This document shows, one piece after another, positions 58,120 through 64,000 of a DNA stretch of 64,000 nt (position 1 is its first letter; each line of letters begins with the position of its first letter). The notes under the pieces are model-generated. The model was not told the DNA's origin. It did no database searches and saw nothing but the letters and a program-made list of their open reading frames with translations. The position numbers and the translations under genes were made by a program. The DNA is taken from the NCBI GenBank assembly GCA_048772705.1, contig JBLWGC010000204.1, forward strand, positions 62,001 to 126,000, in the 5' to 3' direction. Source of the stretch: Leidyana gryllorum EB-2025a (Eukaryota; Protista; Apicomplexa).

Positions 58120-59544
58120 ATGACAGGTTGTGAAAGTCCCCCGTACCAGTCGACGAGTACTCGGCTAAGTCTGAATCGTCTATTGGCGAAAACCAAAAGC
58201 TGGGCTAGAAGACGAGATCGTTGTGAGGATGGTAAGCGGCCTCGACGGACCAGTCGATTTGACGCGTTTTGGCGATTGGGCCAGCACAGTATGTTGCTTG
58301 CACCTTGGATGTGTATTGTGGATGTGATGTCTTGTTAGGCGCCGATACAGCGGACGAGGACACCAGTAGTGGGTCACCTGGGATCCAGCGGGCGGGATCT
58401 GCTGGTTTGAGTCCGTCCTGGGTGGGTGATCCACCCGAGTGTGAGGCCGAGATTGGGGCAAAACACGCTGTTTCAATGACTTGGGCATCAACCCATGACT
58501 CCTCGTCATCTGTGGGGAACTCGCCGTCATCTGTTCACGTGAATACAGTGCGGGATGCACAGATTTTGGACAATATGTTTAAGCTATTGGATGACAGTAA
58601 CCCAGCTGTGCGCGAGAAGGCACTTAGTACGGTGTTCCATCTCGCCCAGTCGTCTCCGGCTGCTAGAGATAGTATTCTGGCTGCCGGTGGACTGCAGCCC
58701 ATTCTGAACGAAATCCAACGAGAGGGTCCGGCTGACGCTCAGACCGCCCGGGCGCTGTTCCATTTATGCATCGGGGATCCGTTACCACCTTTTAATCTGG
58801 TTGTACAGGCGTTGCCCAGCTTCCAACGTCTTCTGGTCAGCAGTGATGACGAAGAGGTCTTGGTGATCATCTGTTATGCTGTGGCTGAACTCACAACGCA
58901 CAAAGATCCGCACGCATCAAACTATATCAATAAGATTATCCCCCCTCCGCTGCACACCCGTCTGATTTCATTGTTAGCTCACGAGTCAATTGATGTTCGA
59001 TTCCGCACTCTCGTTTTGCTGCGGGCAATGGCCTCTGCAGATCGGATTCACGGAAGCAAAGGTGAGTGGAGACGGCTGTCGTCGTTCTGAGACTTGGGGG
59101 CTGACAGAGTCAGGCAGCTATTGCGCCGATTGGTTTCCGCATGACATCACCAACTATTTGCGTCGTGCTTTGAGAGCACCAGAGTTACAAGACGAAGTTT
59201 TAGAGGTCACTCAGGCCTTAATGGTTAATCATTTCGATAGATTACTACGATCTGAAGATTTAATGCGAAAGTACTTTGCTGTCGTTAGCTCCAGAATGGG
59301 ATTTGAGGCTCGCGCGCTCTCGAGTCTGTGTTCGGTTATGCGTCACGCGACTCCGGATCAGGTGTGAGACTTTCGCCATACACTTTTATGCTTTCTTCAG
59401 GTTCGGTTTCTGCGGGACGTTGGATGTGCGGATGTGGTGAAACAAGGAGTGGAGGACACGGTGACTATGGAACAGTGTCACAAGGAATTGGATAAATTGT
59501 ACATTCAGCTAAAATCTACAGGTCGCAAGAATAGAGGAGGGTGA
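58120..59544 (+). CDS. Divergent, truncated importin-alpha-like ARM-repeat protein
   Basis: LLDDSNPAVREKAL...RDSILAAGGLQPIL, LC.GDPLPP...ALPSFQRLL..DDEEVLVIIC resemble importin-alpha ARM repeats; introns 58289-58338, ~59062-59113 and 59362-59400. Confidence 0.7.
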
Positions 59545-59643
59545 ACTTCAACTCTCCTCCCATTCATGTTGGTGGAGAAGAGTTGGCGGATGCTGTTGTT
59601 CCACACCCGTCTCCCCTGCTGGCTCGCCTCCCATCTGATGTTG

Positions 59644-60060
59644 CTAGTCCCTTGCCGATGAAGGAGAAGAACTGTTATTGGAAGAAGTTTCACTCCCGAG
59701 CTCCGAAGACGCCTGTTCTAATCCCTCCTCGCTGCCCATCGGGCTGCTATACGTTTCCTGAAACATGGAGGTGTCGCCTAAATATTCCTCGATATCGCGC
59801 TCAGTTATCTCCATATCTTGTTGCTGCTGCTGCTGCAAGTGGGGCAGAGAGTACATGATGGGGAATTGACGGGCAGCGTCATGAGCGGCCAAGATATCCG
59901 CCGCCATGGAGTGAATGATCGGTCGGTCAGACGGGCGAAAGCATCGACAGTTCAATGCATTGCGGCTCTGATCAACCTCAGGGAGGAGACGAACCACCTC
60001 GCCTCCTGTCAAATGCTCCTTGAAAATCTGCACGTCTTCATAGCTCAGCCAACTACTCAT
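59644..60060 (-). CDS. Hypothetical protein
   Basis: ORF with polyQ and acidic/Ser-rich tail. Confidence 0.4.
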   Translation of the reverse strand: MSSWLSYEDVQIFKEHLTGGEVVRLLPEVDQSRNALNCRCFRPSDRPIIHSMAADILAAHDAARQFPIMYSLPHLQQQQQQDMEITERDIEEYLGDTSMFQETYSSPMGSEEGLEQASSELGSETSSNNSSSPSSARD

Positions 60061-60095
60061 CCCCACCAGTAGCAGCAATTTTTTATTTTCTCAGA

Positions 60096-60605
60096 ATGCT
60101 ACTGCCTCGAATCGAGACCTCGAGACCGTCCCGGCCGTCTTGGCATCTCGCCGTCGCCGTCGTCGGTGCCTTCTTCCAGCCCTCTTCCCACCGAGCCGAA
60201 GTATACTATGCGCCTGACGGCCAACCCGTCGTAGTGCTTACGAGGCGCTCTCAAAGTCTCTGGGGCCGTCTCACAGGCAAAGTCAAGGAGAAAGTGCAAG
60301 TTATGGGGCCCCGCCCCACCATACAGGTCCTGAACCCCGGAGAAGATAACCCTCCCGGTCCAGACGGCGCCATCACGGTATACAATATGGAAGCTGCACT
60401 TCGCCAAAAACCAGTCTGCACACACAAGAAGCAACAAGGAGCGCACTCTCACTCCCCCAAAGTACACCACGTACACCATTGCCTACAGCAACAGGAGCAG
60501 CAGCAACAACAGCAACAACACGAAACGCTAACGCCTCATTGCCAACATCACGTTCACTCGTATCGCGACGAGTGTCTCACAGGCCAATGCCGCGTTCGTA
60601 AATAG
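60096..60605 (+). CDS. Hypothetical protein with His/Gln-rich tail
   Basis: 169-aa ATG ORF. Confidence 0.45.
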   Translation: MLLPRIETSRPSRPSWHLAVAVVGAFFQPSSHRAEVYYAPDGQPVVVLTRRSQSLWGRLTGKVKEKVQVMGPRPTIQVLNPGEDNPPGPDGAITVYNMEAALRQKPVCTHKKQQGAHSHSPKVHHVHHCLQQQEQQQQQQQHETLTPHCQHHVHSYRDECLTGQCRVRK

Positions 60606-60775
60606 CCAATAGTCGCGCCCGATTGTGCGTATCAAACACCGATCTTCCGATAACAAACCTCTGATATATAAATCTATGTGTTCCCACAGTGTCAAACCCC
60701 ATCCGTTCTGTCCAGAGAAAAAAAAAGGTACTGACGCTCAACTGATTTTCGGAGTTCAGTTCCGGAGTCCTCACC

Positions 60776-60938
60776 ATGGCTCATGGATCTTCGCGCTACA
60801 AGAAGGCGCGCTCTAAGATGCGCTGGAAGGTGAGTCTTTGCTTCATTGAACACACTTTAACCCCCTCTGCAGTGGAAGAAGAAGCGCACTCGCCGTCTTC
60901 AACGCAAACGCAGAAAGATGCGCGCTAGGTCCCGATGA
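60776..60938 (+). CDS. RPL41: 60S ribosomal protein eL41, copy 1 (39 aa)
   Basis: MAHGSSRYKKARSKMRWK|WKKKRTRRLQRKRRKMRARSR; intron 60830-60872. Confidence 0.95.
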
Positions 60939-61763
60939 GCGACCGGAGAGGGGTCACTGAATTGACCCCAACGAAGAGAAGGCAATGCTTAACAGTGTGT
61001 GTCGACTCTTCTTGATGTCTATTAACGCTTTCTAACTGACTGATATTAACCTGACATCTATTATTCCCTATCACGCAACTCTTTCTCAATCGGACGAGGG
61101 GAGGTGGAACTTAGCGAGCGAGCGGGCAATCGTTACTAACAGTACTCGTAGAGGAGCACCAGAACAGCGACAGCTACAACAATAACAACACCAACAGCAG
61201 CCTGCAGACTCGGCAGACTCCTGGGCGGCCGTTGCACCGGCGGCGTCGACTTGACTACGCAGCGGACGGAGAGACTAAGACTGAGGCTGAGACTGAAAGA
61301 CAATGACTCGCTCGCTCGCTCGCTCTCTGACCGACTGTGGTGAAGGGGATGTGAACATCATCATTAGACTGAGCGATTAGTCTCGCTTTGTAGGGAGTCT
61401 CCAGGTTCGCCAGATTGACTGTGCAAGCTCACTGAGATAGAGACGGCACAAGTGGCGATGGGGAGATACATTGTAGATGATATTTGATAGTTAGAGTTCA
61501 CTGGTGCAGTCGCACAGAAGTCTTCAATAGTCTCTCAGCAACAGTTTGTCACTGTTGGTGACCGATTGTGAGGTGAATTTGTCAGCAAAATGCCCAGGGA
61601 AGGCACACGCACACGTGTCCAGAGTCACAGGATAGGGCGTGAGAAGGCGTGGTACACAGTGGAGTGAGAGTGGCAGAAGCACACATTCGGTGAGCCATGA
61701 CTGAGACGAAACGAGCGGAGGGTATATCCGGGAGATTTCGCTTTTTTCTGACACCGACTCAAG

Positions 61764-61944
61764 ATGGCTCACGGGTCGTCCCGGTACAAGAAAGCGCGCT
61801 CCAAGATGCGCTGGAAGGTGAGTGGGCGATTGTTTGATTGGTTCTGGCTGATAACTGCTTTTGTCTTTGATCTCTCAGTGGAAGAAGAAGCGCACTCGCC
61901 GTCTTCAACGTAAGCGCAGAAAGATGCGCGCCAGGTCCCGTTGA
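61764..61944 (+). CDS. RPL41: 60S ribosomal protein eL41, copy 2 (identical protein)
   Basis: Same peptide with synonymous differences; intron 61818-61878 at the same position. Confidence 0.95.
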
Positions 61945-62078
61945 GGGATAGGCTGTTTGCACTAGTCTGTAACAATTGAGCTAGTGTGCCTTTGACGCCT
62001 TTATTGTGATACTGCATCATCACCATTAACCAAACCCCATACCGCTAGTGTCACAAAAAGACTTCCATTTCTGTTGAT

Positions 62079-63557
62079 ATGTCCAACCGCCCTATATGTA
62101 CGCGCTATCAGCGAGGCTACTGTCCATTCGGAGACGGTTGCCGTGACGGCGCCCACCCACCCAAGCAACAATCCGCCTTTGCCGCCAGTAATGCGCTCCC
62201 CAGCAATGTGAACCCCTTCGGCACCATCTCGCTCTCTGGGCTGGTGAATACGGCACCCCGGCTGGGAGGAATGACCACTATGCCGACGCCGGTCCCCTTC
62301 GGTTCAGCGCAGCCCACAATGATGAACAACAACCCGTTCGCGGGCACCACCCAAAATCAACCGGCCCAGGCACCACTCCAAACAGGAGGATTCTTCAGCG
62401 GCGTGAGTCTTCCCAGCTACTCCAGCACCGCTCAGACCACATCAACCGCTCCGGCGAACCCATTTGGAGGTAATTCCAATGCTGCCGCTTCGAAAGCAGA
62501 TGGCTCAGGGGGAGGAGCGGTCGCGGTCCGTCATACGCCCGCAGTGTTCGGAACCGTCTCCTCGGCCTTTGGAGACCTCTCTGGGGCTTTCCCCGCTATG
62601 GCGTCGACTACAGCCACCAACACTGCGACGGTCAATCGACCCTTCGGAAGTGTATTGAATACGGTGAGTTGAATGTCATTCTGAAACTGACAAAGCTCTC
62701 TCGCCTCAACGCAGACAACTTCGGCACCGGCGAATCCATTCGGGCTCAAAATGGGCACAACACCCATCCCAGCTTCGTTTGGAACCATATCTGCGGACTC
62801 TCCGTTCGCGTCAGCCTTCAGTGCTTTTGCTGTGCCAAAGCCACCCTCGACTGTGGGGGCGGCTGCAGCCCACCCAGCAGCTGCGCCGGCCCAAACCGTC
62901 CCCAATTCAGGGTTGTTTGCCACACAGAGTGTTACCGGTCCGACCACGACAGGTGCGCCCACGACATCTTCCTTCTTCTCGCAGGCTGCTGCGGCTGCAG
63001 CCGCACCATCTCAGACGCCCAGCGTACCGATCACGACGGAGCCAGTAATTCAAGTGGCCACAGCGCCTGTGGTGGAGACGACAGCAACACCAGCGGTTCC
63101 CGTGGTGGTAGAGACGTCAGCAACAGTCCCCGTGGCAGAGACGTCAGCAACAGTCCCGGCGGCCGAGACGTCAGCAGCACTCCCCGTGGCAGCGGCAGCA
63201 GCAGTCCCGGCGGCCGAGACGTCAGCAACAGTCCCGGCGGCCGAGACGTCAGCAGCACTCCCCGTGGCAGAGACGTCAGCAACAATCCCCGTGGCAGCAG
63301 CCCCAGCGATTCCCGTGGCAACAAAACCAGTGATACCCGTAGCTGCGAAACCAGCTCTTCCGACATCCCAGGAACCGACGTTCCCCAGTGGTTGGGTACC
63401 CACGAAGGCAGAAGAGAGTTGGATGCGGAGTTTGGAGATGTCACAGTTGGTGGGGCTGACAGTGTCGGTACCCAAGTCTGCGGATCCTGACTGGTGTCGA
63501 GCTGAATGGCAGAGGTCCTCCTTTGGGTTGGGAGGCATCCCTGAAGCTGTAGTGTAG
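62079..63557 (+). CDS. CCCH zinc finger FG-nucleoporin, NUP42/CG1/Amo1-like
   Basis: CTRYQRGYCPFGDGCRDGAH, many NPFG/AFG/SFG motifs, C-terminal FGLGGIPE; intron 62664-62714; internal AETSATVP repeats. Confidence 0.75.
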
Positions 63558-63588
63558 TGTTTTAGAAGGTCAAAAAGGACTTTTGGTA

Positions 63589-64000
63589 ATGACGGGCTTC
63601 AATGACGAAGATGAATTCCTCCCTGACTCAGAAGCTGACGATTATGAGGCTGAGGATAGGTGTTACGCCATACCAGAGCCTGATGAGCTGCCTACCGTGG
63701 TAGAGCCTCTGCTCACTGAGAATAGTGAGGACAGGTGGGCGATGGGGCAGGGACACTGTCGGCGGCATTTGGTTGGTGTTCAGCATCCGTCACAGCCAAG
63801 GCAGATATGTGATACGGTCTCCTGAAGATATATCCGCCGTAATGGCCGAGGAAATGCGGAAAGCGCAGTGCATGATGGCGGCCTTGGAACCCACCTGGGC
63901 GGGAGAACCCGACCCAATCGTGACGCCAGTAATCATCGAGGGTATGCTGGCACGAAGAGGGTGGCGGGCCGACACGGTGGTCGAGGACTTTGTGTACAGT
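63589..64000 (+). CDS. 5' part of a possible Ariadne-type RBR E3 ligase (truncated by window end)
   Basis: Acidic N-terminus followed by EDISAVMAEEM...GMLARRGWRADTVVEDF, resembling the Ariadne UBA-like region; RING domains are not in the window. Confidence 0.4.

Noticed and set aside
60940-61760. Possible box C/D snoRNA between the eL41 copies
   Set aside because: A box C-like ATGATGA occurs on the minus strand, but no properly spaced D box or terminal stem.

Overview
Compact eukaryotic genome segment from an alveolate, most likely an apicomplexan such as a gregarine. This is inferred from an alveolin/IMC gene, apicomplexan-type extended eL41, short 41-61 nt spliceosomal introns and very short intergenic gaps. 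The left ~27 kb is a co-oriented minus-strand accessory cluster. It holds four tandem, apparently intronless IGHMBP2/Hcs1-type (Upf1-like SF1B) helicase genes (three with intact motifs, one catalytically degenerate) and an RGG/prion-like protein gene. It also holds a gene that the ORF track splits into pieces but that splices via five canonical introns into one ~3,419-aa protein with an N-terminal dead helicase. Hairpins next to (GT/CA)n tracts precede three of these genes. The right ~35 kb is mostly intron-containing housekeeping genes: alveolin, eEFSec, two tandem biotin-ligase-like genes, SVIP, RNase Z, ethanolamine/choline kinase, AK6, eS7, RCL1, glycine decarboxylase P-protein, NMNAT/NadD, LENG1-like, a degenerate importin-alpha, two eL41 copies, NUP42-like and a possible Ariadne. 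It also has several secreted orphan proteins, including a polycationic KK-repeat protein. All intron calls are manual (splice signals plus frame restoration), and all family calls come from motif recognition; no database search was run.
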